A DNA stretch of 64,000 nucleotides from an uncultured Candidatus Saccharibacteria bacterium. Its GTDB lineage: Bacteria; Patescibacteriota; Saccharimonadia; Saccharimonadales; AWTP1-31. Under the pieces are notes generated by a model. That model was not told the origin of the DNA and did not search any database. It saw nothing but the letters and a program-made list of their open reading frames with translations. The DNA is taken from positions 2,096 to 66,095 of the forward strand of contig CAZVTA010000002.1 in the NCBI GenBank assembly GCA_964629815.1, given 5' to 3'. Numbering within the stretch: the stretch's first letter is position 1; every line of letters starts with the position of its first letter. Positions 56,493 through 64,000 of this stretch are shown piece after piece. Position numbers and translations under genes: made by a program.

Positions 56493-56521
56493 TTGTCAAT
56501 GTTTTCTACCTCTGTTATAAT
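56493..56521 (+). promoter_or_regulatory. Promoter of ychF (TTGTCA-17-TATAAT), ATG 7 nt downstream (leaderless type)
   Basis: TTGTCA at 56493-56498, a 17 nt spacer, TATAAT at 56516-56521, ATG at 56529. Confidence 0.55.
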
Positions 56522-56528
56522 AGCTGTT

Positions 56529-57602
56529 ATGAGTTTATCTATCGGTATAGTTGGGTTGCCTAATGTTGGCAAGTCTACCCTGTTTAACGCACTCACAGAT
56601 GCAGAAGCGTTGGCTGCGAATTATCCGTTTGCAACCATTGAACCAAACACCGGAATTGTACCCGTCCCCGATGCACGTTTGCATGCATTGGCCGAGCTAT
56701 ACCAATCGCAAAAAATAGTACCCGCCACCGTAACATTCGTAGATATCGCAGGGCTTGTTGCTGGCGCCAGCCAAGGCGAAGGCCTTGGTAACCAATTCTT
56801 AAGCCACATTCGCAGCACTAATGCCATCGTACATGTAGTACGCGCCTTTGATGACAATGATGTCGTGCACGTAGACACCGAACATAACCCCAAAAAAGAT
56901 ATCGAGACAATCAATACAGAGCTAATCTTGGCCGATATACAAACGCTTGAAAAACGATTACCAAAATTTGAAAAAGAAGTACGAGCTAACGCCAAGCTTA
57001 AACCAGTTCTCGATACATACCAAACTATACTAACCGCACTCAACGAAGGCAAACTCGTAAGCCAGCTCGACTACGAGCACGAGCATATTACCGACCTACA
57101 CCTTATTACCGCAAAACCCGTTATTTATGCATTTAACGTTGATGAAGCAGGACTCACCGACCACTCGAAGCAAAAAGAGCTGCAAGCACTTGTGGCGCCC
57201 GCCCAATGTGTATTTATTTGTGCCAAGCTCGAGAGTGAATTGCGCGGGCTCGATGAATCAGACCGCGTGGAACTATTGGAAAGCTATGGACAAACAGAAT
57301 CGGGCCTGGTGCAACTGATCGCCGCGGCATACGACACACTCGGACTACAAAGCTACCTTACTGCTGGCGAGCAAGAAATTCGCGCCTGGACAATACCTAA
57401 AGGCGCCACCGCCCCACAAGCTGCTGGCGTCATCCATGGCGACTTTGAAAAAGGCTTTATTGCAGCGCAAGTGGTTGACTATAATGACCTGATTGACGCT
57501 GGCTCTGAGCAAGCAGCAAAAGCTGCCGGCAAGGTTCGCACCGAAGGCAAAACATACACCATGCAACCGAACGACGTTGTCGAGTTTCGCTTTAACGTTT
57601 AA
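56529..57602 (+). CDS. ychF: Ribosome-binding ATPase YchF
   Basis: Start moved to MSLSIGIVGLPNVGKSTLFNALT (G1 motif). Also has DIAGLV and NVDE, plus a C-terminal TGS domain ending MQPNDVVEFRFNV. Confidence 0.93.
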   Translation: MSLSIGIVGLPNVGKSTLFNALTDAEALAANYPFATIEPNTGIVPVPDARLHALAELYQSQKIVPATVTFVDIAGLVAGASQGEGLGNQFLSHIRSTNAIVHVVRAFDDNDVVHVDTEHNPKKDIETINTELILADIQTLEKRLPKFEKEVRANAKLKPVLDTYQTILTALNEGKLVSQLDYEHEHITDLHLITAKPVIYAFNVDEAGLTDHSKQKELQALVAPAQCVFICAKLESELRGLDESDRVELLESYGQTESGLVQLIAAAYDTLGLQSYLTAGEQEIRAWTIPKGATAPQAAGVIHGDFEKGFIAAQVVDYNDLIDAGSEQAAKAAGKVRTEGKTYTMQPNDVVEFRFNV

Positions 57603-57683
57603 GTAGCTGGAAAGAGCAGCCCGAGCAAAAATCACACTTTTTGCCCGGCGCGATGAGAAAACCATTTTAATGGTTGTCTCATT
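57603..57683 (+). repeat. Structured two-hairpin repeat element, copy B (inserted after ychF)
   Basis: Aligns with 823-899. Hairpin 1 is GCAAAAA-TCACAC-TTTTTGC. Hairpin 2 is ATGAGAAAACC-ATTTTAAT-GGTTGTCTCAT. Confidence 0.6.
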
Positions 57684-57689
57684 ACTGTG

Positions 57690-57733
57690 CCATGCAACCA
57701 AACGACGTTGTCGAGTTTCGCTTTAATGTTTAG
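57690..57733 (+). repeat. Duplicate of the last 44 nt of ychF (displaced gene end)
   Basis: CCATGCAACCAAACGACGTTGTCGAGTTTCGCTTTAATGTTTAG versus 57559-57603 CCATGCAACCGAACGACGTTGTCGAGTTTCGCTTTAACGTTTAAG. There are two substitutions, both synonymous in the ychF frame, and the stop changes from TAA to TAG. Confidence 0.85.
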
Positions 57734-58393
57734 CTAGGCCGCTTGCCAGTTGTCGACAAGGTTTTGAATAGTTTGTATAACCGTTTCGTGCGACGGCATG
57801 CGGTTGTCTTCGTAATAATGGTCGGCACCCATGTAGTTGTCGACGGTCGACAAACAATACAGTTCGTCTGCAAGTAAGTGCATTTTATCGACAGCGCCAA
57901 TGTTGGCGACTGGCACTGCAATAACAATCTTTTTTACTTTTATAGACTTTAAATACAACTTGGCCGCTTCGAGCGAAAAGCCCTTGCCCAGACCATCTGC
58001 CACCAATATAACGACACGGCGCTTAACAAGGTCTCGACGAATAATTCCATGTCGACCCAACAACCGGTGCATAGCACTAAGCTTGTCGCGTTTGTCCTGT
58101 TCGAAAAACTGGTGATATTCCATATCGAATTCTTCTATCTGCCCTGGACTGTACGACGAGTTGTACGTATAGCCACCATCTTGGTTAATACTAGCCACTT
58201 CTTCCGGTTCACCAGGAGCGTTAATAGGCTCTGCCATAAGTAATGTCATGACACAGTGCAAACGCGCGGCAATTTGTGCGCCCACCACAACACCACCATC
58301 TGATAACGCTACCACGGCACATTTTTCTTTTTTATAATGTTCGAGTTTCTCGGCAAGAAGTTTGCCAGCCTCTACACGACTATTGAAGTACAT
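57734..58393 (-). CDS. Phosphoribosyltransferase-family protein
   Basis: 219 aa. PRPP-binding-type motif VVILVADGLGKGFSLEAA. The N-terminus is typical of the 'putative phosphoribosyl transferase' family. Confidence 0.7.
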   Translation of the reverse strand: MYFNSRVEAGKLLAEKLEHYKKEKCAVVALSDGGVVVGAQIAARLHCVMTLLMAEPINAPGEPEEVASINQDGGYTYNSSYSPGQIEEFDMEYHQFFEQDKRDKLSAMHRLLGRHGIIRRDLVKRRVVILVADGLGKGFSLEAAKLYLKSIKVKKIVIAVPVANIGAVDKMHLLADELYCLSTVDNYMGADHYYEDNRMPSHETVIQTIQNLVDNWQAA

Positions 58394-58421
58394 ATATGGA
58401 AGTGTACCACAAGCGTAAGCG

Positions 58422-60149
58422 TTATTGGTTGAGTACGTTGCTAATTTGTCGTGATAGGTCTGCTATAGCACTAAAGGAACTGTTATTCGATAGTACCGTT
58501 AAGACATAGGTACCCTTTGGATGATACACAATAGCCGCATCGTGATTCAGTGCGTACAAAAATCCAACCTTGTTAGCAACGCTCCCTGCAGAACCAGCAG
58601 GAATACCCTTGCGATAAATCTGGCGACGCATCATATCTAACCAGCTATTCTTATATGTGTCTGAAACAAGCGTACCTGATTGCAATTTTACAAGTAGGGT
58701 CGTTGCATCATTTGCGGTAGTTAATTGGTTACCCGCCGACAGCGTGGTTCCTACGATTCCATTAGTACGAAGGAAACCGTCGTTTGCACTCCAGCCAATA
58801 AGGTTACCGACCGCGACAGCACAAGCATTGTCGGAAACAACGATCATGCGGTCTATACATGTTTCGACACTTTGGCCGGTTGACGTTGTTGAGCTCAGGC
58901 TCAACTGGCCATTGTTGGCCTTGGTGTACGCTACATATGTAACATACAGCTTATAAATACTAGCGCTTGTAAACTGCTTGGTGCCATTGGTCGATGCATT
59001 AATCGAACCATCGATCATGCGTAAACTAACACCGTATTGTCCTGAATGAGACGAAACCCAATAGTCAATGAGCGCCTGTAGGCCCTTGCTTGTACGCGTG
59101 TATGAACGAACGTATTGCGTCTTTGGCGTAACGTCTTCTGTTTTGGCATCAACACTTGTCGCTTTAGTTGCCAGAGCTTTTTCTACTGCTTCTGCACTAG
59201 CGTCGAGCAACAGCATCTTACCCTTCTTGCCAGAAGAGCCGCCTGCAACCTCGCCGTCTACAAGCACAATCTTATTGCTGGTTTGTGCAATATAAACGTA
59301 TGGCGACAGTTCTTTTAGACGCGTAACAATTTCGTCACGGTTATATGAAAGCGCAAGCGTGTTGCCGTCTTGCTTTGTTTGAAGTATTTTCGCAAGTTCG
59401 TTTTTGCTAAGTTCGATTGAGTGGCCTGCCGCATGAACGCTCAGCGGCGTATTAAGTCTTTCTTGTATTTGCGCAGCCAAAACAGCCGCATCGTCGGTTT
59501 TAATTTTTGGCGCAACCGTTTCGGCCGGAACAACAACCTGCATGTCTGCATCGAGTTGGGTGTTTGCAATTGCCTGTTTTGTTGCCTCTTCTTCATACGT
59601 ATACCCTGGCTCACTGTCTACAACCGCAACCTTGTCGGCTGCGATAGTAACCGTTGCATCTTTAGGAGCCTTGCTAAATTTAGCAACAGACTTTGCAAAC
59701 TCACCAGCTTGCGGTGTGTCTACCTTTGTATCGAATGCATCGACAGTTTGAGCCGCAAATACAGAGAAGGGAATAAAACGCTGCAAAAGCGGGTAGTCGA
59801 CTGCCTTTTGAGCAGTTTTTTCACCATCTATCTGCAGCCCAAGTGCCGCTGGCTTTTCTCGTTTTACGGCACCTTGAAGGTTAACTGCCACTGTTTGATC
59901 GTTGTAACGTGCTACGGATTTTGTTATCGAATTCTTAGAGTGTAAACCAACATTTTTTCCACCAACCAGTGTTCGTGGACGAGCAAGCTGCACAGGATAT
60001 GCAAGCTGCAATCCAATAACAGAACTTACACCGATCACGAATGCGAGCGCGATGGTGTTTTTGTGCGCTAATACTCGCTGCTCGAGATGCCGAGCCAGCA
60101 CATACCAGACAGAGATTTCGTGTAAGAGGGTTGTTTCTAGCAGGTACAT
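58422..60149 (-). CDS. Membrane-anchored serine hydrolase of the class A beta-lactamase/PBP type with a long N-terminal extension
   Basis: 575 aa with an N-terminal TM. The C-terminal domain has SxxK (SASIYK), SDN (VVSDNA) and a KTG-like triad (NKVGF). Confidence 0.65.
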   Translation of the reverse strand: MYLLETTLLHEISVWYVLARHLEQRVLAHKNTIALAFVIGVSSVIGLQLAYPVQLARPRTLVGGKNVGLHSKNSITKSVARYNDQTVAVNLQGAVKREKPAALGLQIDGEKTAQKAVDYPLLQRFIPFSVFAAQTVDAFDTKVDTPQAGEFAKSVAKFSKAPKDATVTIAADKVAVVDSEPGYTYEEEATKQAIANTQLDADMQVVVPAETVAPKIKTDDAAVLAAQIQERLNTPLSVHAAGHSIELSKNELAKILQTKQDGNTLALSYNRDEIVTRLKELSPYVYIAQTSNKIVLVDGEVAGGSSGKKGKMLLLDASAEAVEKALATKATSVDAKTEDVTPKTQYVRSYTRTSKGLQALIDYWVSSHSGQYGVSLRMIDGSINASTNGTKQFTSASIYKLYVTYVAYTKANNGQLSLSSTTSTGQSVETCIDRMIVVSDNACAVAVGNLIGWSANDGFLRTNGIVGTTLSAGNQLTTANDATTLLVKLQSGTLVSDTYKNSWLDMMRRQIYRKGIPAGSAGSVANKVGFLYALNHDAAIVYHPKGTYVLTVLSNNSSFSAIADLSRQISNVLNQ

Positions 60150-60296
60150 GATTTATTTTTTGGCAAAAGCCAGCAACAGCTCTGGGCCATTTCCTCTGTT
60201 TTTTATGTTTTTTGTATTAGCTAAATGCTATATACAATGTAGCACTTTTTTTGACTAATGTCAATATTGTTATGCTTATTATTTACTTTTTTTGTT

Positions 60297-61028
60297 TTAG
60301 TTTTTTGGTAGGTTTTTTAGCAAGTAAAAGCGTTCTACGTTCCCTTTTGTGCCCGACACCGATGAGTCGGCCTTATTAAGTAGTACAAAGTGCTGCTTTG
60401 CCCACATTTCAAAGTCCGCCAAGATTGCTCGTCGCTGCTTTTCGTTTTTAACAACTCCATGGTGTTTAACTCGAGAAGCCACGGCTTCAAATTGGGGTTT
60501 TACCATTACCGCATATATGGTATTGGCATTTGAGAGCTGTTGTACACTTGGCAGGATCTCTCGTAGCGATATAAAACTAACGTCTGCAACCACGATATCA
60601 ATTGCACAATGCGTCTTAAACGAGCGAATGTCGGTTTGTTCGTGTAATTCTATGCGATCGTCGCCCCGTAATGATGGGTGCATTTGATCCGTACCAAGCT
60701 CTACGGCAATAACCTTTTGGGCACCATGCTTTAGAGCGAATTCAGTAAAACCACCCGTGCTACTACCGACATCGAGGACGGTCTTATTCTGAAAATCTAT
60801 CTTAAATATAGCTGCAACTGACGCAAGTTTGAGCGCCGCACGCGAAACATACTGGTCGGCTATACGCACCTCGACACGAGAGGATTCCTGCACCAAAAAT
60901 CCAGGCTTTGTTTGTGCAATGCCGTCGACAAATACATAGCCAAGACGAATATAATTCTCGGCCTGGGAACGACTACGCACCAAGCCGTCGGCGAACACCT
61001 TAGCGTCGAGTCGCTGCTTCATGGCCAT
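60297..61028 (-). CDS. tlyA: TlyA-family rRNA 2'-O-methyltransferase
   Basis: 243 aa. N-terminal S4 domain (RLDAKVFADGLVRSRSQAENYIRLGYVFVDG), then an FtsJ-type MTase (LDVGSSTGGFTEF). Confidence 0.88.
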   Translation of the reverse strand: MAMKQRLDAKVFADGLVRSRSQAENYIRLGYVFVDGIAQTKPGFLVQESSRVEVRIADQYVSRAALKLASVAAIFKIDFQNKTVLDVGSSTGGFTEFALKHGAQKVIAVELGTDQMHPSLRGDDRIELHEQTDIRSFKTHCAIDIVVADVSFISLREILPSVQQLSNANTIYAVMVKPQFEAVASRVKHHGVVKNEKQRRAILADFEMWAKQHFVLLNKADSSVSGTKGNVERFYLLKNLPKN

Positions 61029-61491
61029 CTCCTAGGCCATATGCCCGTGCAATCCGCTTTTCGCCCTGGTCTGACTGCACTACAAAGAGCTCTTTAACAG
61101 TAATAACGTCGCCCTCTTCTAGGGCTGGTTGCCCCGGGTGAAGCGTAATGTGCGGATTATACCCATGTGCAATAAGATAGCGCGGATCTTCTACCTTTGC
61201 AGCTCCGTGAAGAATTGTGCGCGCAGCACGGTGCAATCGTTTGAGCTCATCGAATGGCTGCAGTCGAACGGCCGTTTCGCTGCCATCGCCAAAGGGAACT
61301 TGGTTGCCAATTATAATATCAAGCGAATCGAACACAGCGAGTACTCTATCGATTCGCTGCATCGAAACTTCTATGTCGCCCACCATCCAGGGCAACACCG
61401 TAAAATGCTGAGGCCACTTTTCAAATGAACCCGACGCAGGCGCCGGTTCGGTAAAGCCTGCAAGCATAAATCGGTCTTGTTCTGCTGGCAT
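61000..61491 (-). CDS. 2H phosphoesterase superfamily protein (LigT-like)
   Basis: 163 aa with two H-x-T/S motifs (HFTVLPW and HITLH). Confidence 0.6.
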   Translation of the reverse strand: MPAEQDRFMLAGFTEPAPASGSFEKWPQHFTVLPWMVGDIEVSMQRIDRVLAVFDSLDIIIGNQVPFGDGSETAVRLQPFDELKRLHRAARTILHGAAKVEDPRYLIAHGYNPHITLHPGQPALEEGDVITVKELFVVQSDQGEKRIARAYGLGDGHEAATRR

Positions 61492-61492
61492 A

Positions 61493-62059
61493 TTATTCCT
61501 TTACACGCTCGCGATATGCACCAGTCGCGGTGTCGACACTAATAACATCGCCCTGCTTGATGAATGCTGGAACGCGTACCGAAATACCCGTCTCTACTGT
61601 AGCGTCTTTCATGACACTGCTTGTCGTGTCGCCTTTTACGACATCTTCAGTATAGGTAACAACAAGCGGTACGTTTTTAGGTAGTTCGATATTAATAACC
61701 GTGCCATTGAATAATTGCGCTTGCACCACATCGCCTTCCTTCATATAGCCAGAGAGCTCACCAATAATATCTGCAGGAATTTCAAACTGCTCGAACGTCT
61801 CGTCGTTCATGAAGTAGTACGTCGCGCCATCGTTATACAAATACTGCACATTCTGATAGCTCACATCGGCCGATTCGATCGATTCGTTGCCTTTAAACGT
61901 TTTGTCTAAGACCTTGCCATCTATGAGGCTCTTTATTTTAACGTTTACAATCGAACCACCTCGACCCATAACTTTTTGTGCATACTCAACAACCCGATAC
62001 GGTGTGCCATCGAGCTGGAATACTTGCCCTTTTTTGAGATCTGTAACACCCAATGCCAT
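61493..62059 (-). CDS. efp: Elongation factor P (Arg at the modified-loop position)
   Basis: 188 aa. DGTPYRVVEYAQKVMGRGGSIVNVKIK aligns with E. coli [26 protein letters not shown], which puts Arg in place of Lys34. Confidence 0.93.
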   Translation of the reverse strand: MALGVTDLKKGQVFQLDGTPYRVVEYAQKVMGRGGSIVNVKIKSLIDGKVLDKTFKGNESIESADVSYQNVQYLYNDGATYYFMNDETFEQFEIPADIIGELSGYMKEGDVVQAQLFNGTVINIELPKNVPLVVTYTEDVVKGDTTSSVMKDATVETGISVRVPAFIKQGDVISVDTATGAYRERVKE

Positions 62060-62061
62060 AC

Positions 62062-62346
62062 TTACCTTTCCTCTTTCTCAATTTCGTCTAGTAGAGCCAG
62101 TAGCTCTTCTGCATCCTTTTCGCCGACAAGTCCTGTTGTTTCGCTGACTAATATTTGTCCGCGAATTTTGTCGATGGTGCTTTTTATTTCACTTTTATCA
62201 GAATTGCTGAGCTGCGCAATTAGATTAAGTAAGTCTTGATCAAACTTTGGCTGCAGCGAAATATGACCACCATATGTCTGAGCTTTTGACTGACTTTGAG
62301 TCATGCTGTAAACCCGTTGCCATAACTTATCTACAAGATCGCTCAC
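62062..62346 (-). CDS. Hypothetical protein (94 aa)
   Basis: Intact ORF between rpsR and efp. Helical and acidic. No motif. Confidence 0.45.
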   Translation of the reverse strand: MSDLVDKLWQRVYSMTQSQSKAQTYGGHISLQPKFDQDLLNLIAQLSNSDKSEIKSTIDKIRGQILVSETTGLVGEKDAEELLALLDEIEKEER

Positions 62347-62354
62347 AACGAATC

Positions 62355-62558
62355 CTAGTTGTTAGCTACGAATGGTAGTAGCGCAATGTGTCGAGCACGC
62401 TTAATAGCAACTGCAAGATGGCGTTGCTGACTTTCGGTTAAACCGGTCTTTTTGCGTGATTCGATCTGGCCATATGTGTTTACATATCGCTGTAGAGTTT
62501 TAAAATCTTTGTAGTCAAAATATGCTACGTCTGTTCGGTGTTTAAATATCTTTGCCAT
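62355..62558 (-). CDS. rpsR: 30S ribosomal protein S18
   Basis: [27 protein letters not shown]...[18 protein letters not shown]. Confidence 0.95.
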   Translation of the reverse strand: MAKIFKHRTDVAYFDYKDFKTLQRYVNTYGQIESRKKTGLTESQQRHLAVAIKRARHIALLPFVANN

Positions 62559-62851
62559 TACTCTTCTCCTTGAGGTTTATATGATCTACAGGCTGGTGAG
62601 CCTAGTCTTTGAATTGCAAGTCGTAACCGTGTTGGAGCATCTTCTAAGTATGAAATGTCCAAAACAGTGGCTACAACTTCAGTCGTGCATATGGAAAGAT
62701 CACGATAACCAGCCGCTTGAAGTTTTTCTGCCGCCTCACCAAGCCTTTCAGCTTCTTCATAGCGATAGTTAAAAGTACCAACAGCCTCCTCGACTATATT
62801 CGAGTTGATTGGGCAACCTTCGCAACTTGAATCTGTTCCACAAATCAACAT
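62558..62851 (-). CDS. Hypothetical Cys-containing protein (97 aa) inserted between ssb and rpsR
   Basis: Intact ORF with a TAATG overlap onto the rpsR start. The N-terminus is [14 protein letters not shown] (C-x5-C-x2-C). Confidence 0.5.
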   Translation of the reverse strand: MLICGTDSSCEGCPINSNIVEEAVGTFNYRYEEAERLGEAAEKLQAAGYRDLSICTTEVVATVLDISYLEDAPTRLRLAIQRLGSPACRSYKPQGEE

Positions 62852-62868
62852 GTGTTTACTGTCCTTTG

Positions 62869-63321
62869 TTAAAATGGAATGTCGTCTAGGTTGATAGGCT
62901 CTTCGCCTACATCTTCTATAACAACATCGTCGGTTTTCTTGGTATTTTTGGAAGCACTTGGTGTGTAGCTGCCGCCACCTTCACCTTCGCCACGACCACC
63001 CAAGAATGTTACGTCTTGGGCAATAACTTCAACCTTGCTCCGTTTTTGTCCGTCTTGTTCCCACGAACGACTTTGTAGTCGACCGTTCACAAGCACGGGG
63101 CGACCTTTTGTTACATATTGCGCAACGCGCTCTCCAAGCGGCCCCCACGCCACAACATCAACGTAATCTGTGGCTTCTTGCCAGTTTCCGTCGCTGCCTT
63201 TGTAGCTCCGGTTCAATGCAAGGCTAAAGCTGCAAACGCTTTGGCCATTTGGGGTTTGGCGCAATTCTGGGTCTCTGGTGAGATTACCCATTAATATAAC
63301 TTGGTTAAATGATCGTGCCAC
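62869..63321 (-). CDS. ssb: Single-stranded DNA-binding protein
   Basis: 150 aa. The OB fold begins NQVILMGNLTRDPELRQTPNG. Has a Gly-rich linker and an acidic tip ending DDIPF. Confidence 0.95.
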   Translation of the reverse strand: MARSFNQVILMGNLTRDPELRQTPNGQSVCSFSLALNRSYKGSDGNWQEATDYVDVVAWGPLGERVAQYVTKGRPVLVNGRLQSRSWEQDGQKRSKVEVIAQDVTFLGGRGEGEGGGSYTPSASKNTKKTDDVVIEDVGEEPINLDDIPF

Positions 63322-63405
63322 AACAGCTTCCCTCCTTGTAGGATCTATGTCCTTTAGTTTAATGTACTCTTACCCTACGACGAGTAAGTGGTATCGTCAA
63401 GCGAA

Positions 63406-63786
63406 TTACTTATCTTCGTCTTTTTCTTCGTCGGCGCTTTCACCACGCTCAGCTGCTTTTGCAGCTTTGTCGGCTTTTGCAGCTTCTGCTTTAGCAATTG
63501 CGCGAAGATCTGGACGTGTAATCATGAAACGAATTACTTCGTCTGCGATGTTGAGTGAATATTCAACTTTTTGCACACTTGTACCTGGCAATTCTACGGT
63601 ATAAAACACATAGATTGCGTGTTCTTGCTTTGCAATTTTGTACATAAGCTTTCGTTTGCCCCAGTTGTCGGTAGCAACAATCTTGCCACCGTTGTCGGTA
63701 ACAATCTTTTGTACTTTTGCTTCAGCTTTGCTGAGATCTACTTCGAGATCTGGGTGATACAATACGGCAATTTCGTACTGATTCAT
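63406..63786 (-). CDS. rpsF: 30S ribosomal protein S6 (with an acidic/Ala-Lys C-terminal extension)
   Basis: Start taken at MNQYEIAVLYHPDLE, preceded by the SD AAGGAAGGA. The ORF track start at 63822 adds 12 non-conserved residues. Confidence 0.93.
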   Translation of the reverse strand: MNQYEIAVLYHPDLEVDLSKAEAKVQKIVTDNGGKIVATDNWGKRKLMYKIAKQEHAIYVFYTVELPGTSVQKVEYSLNIADEVIRFMITRPDLRAIAKAEAAKADKAAKAAERGESADEEKDEDK

Positions 63787-64000
63787 ACACTGTTCCTTCC
63801 TTTGGTTAAAGCCCGCACTCACAAGGGGATGCGAACTGAAGTTGATATAACAGAGGTAATTATATCGTCTTACGCTGTTTTAGTCAATAACAGGATTGTG
63901 TTCAGCGGATGTGTTTGTTTAAATATAAGCATATGCAGCATAAGGTAAAGATAACCTAACCTATGAGCGACAGATTCCTGTACCCTCAAGGAACCCTGCC

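Overview
The window looks like a chromosomal segment of a small, gene-dense, monoderm-type genome of the CPR/Patescibacteria kind. Candidatus Saccharibacteria (TM7) is the most likely source, but this is inference. It rests on the 16S sequence (including a U at E. coli position 912), the gene content, and sortase-type surface proteins with no outer-membrane genes. The standard genetic code applies, since the long ORFs are intact.

Contents, left to right:
- The 5' end of a 23S rRNA gene.
- A plus-strand tRNA-Ala/tRNA-Ile unit.
- Two protein genes, then a complete 16S rRNA gene. Both rRNA genes are on the minus strand and appear uncoupled from each other.
- gyrB-X-gyrA.
- A cell-surface protein plus a type IV coupling-protein-like ATPase cluster.
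- A roughly 1 kb non-coding gap.
- comM, infC-rpmI-rplT and RNase P RNA.
- Housekeeping genes: ASCH-RNase HI fusion, M50 protease, rpmB, miaA, an ATL protein, thrS with a T-box-like leader, nrdR, a GT2 synthase.
- tRNA-Pro, Val, Thr, Asp and Arg.
- A small block of unknown genes next to tRNA-Asp.
- ndk and xerC/D.
- A complete type IV pilus locus (pilMNO-pilB-pilT-pilC-pilA-pilD plus four minor pilins), preceded by two large unknown exported proteins and an alternative sigma factor.
- A CHAP peptidoglycan hydrolase fused to a 7-blade propeller.
- ychF, tlyA, efp and rpsF-ssb-X-rpsR.

I found no CRISPR array, transposase, reverse transcriptase or recognisable defence system.

The most unusual observations are:
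- the fragmented rRNA locus;
- a roughly 80 nt two-hairpin repeat present twice, with compensatory base changes;
- three insertion scars flanked by duplicated gene ends (ychF 3' end, tRNA-Arg 5' half, tRNA-Asp 3' end);
- unknown genes translationally coupled inside gyrB-gyrA and ssb-rpsR;
- several promoter-to-terminator units that could be small RNAs;
- widespread leaderless gene starts.

All calls come from reading the sequence and the ORF translations. No database search was run.
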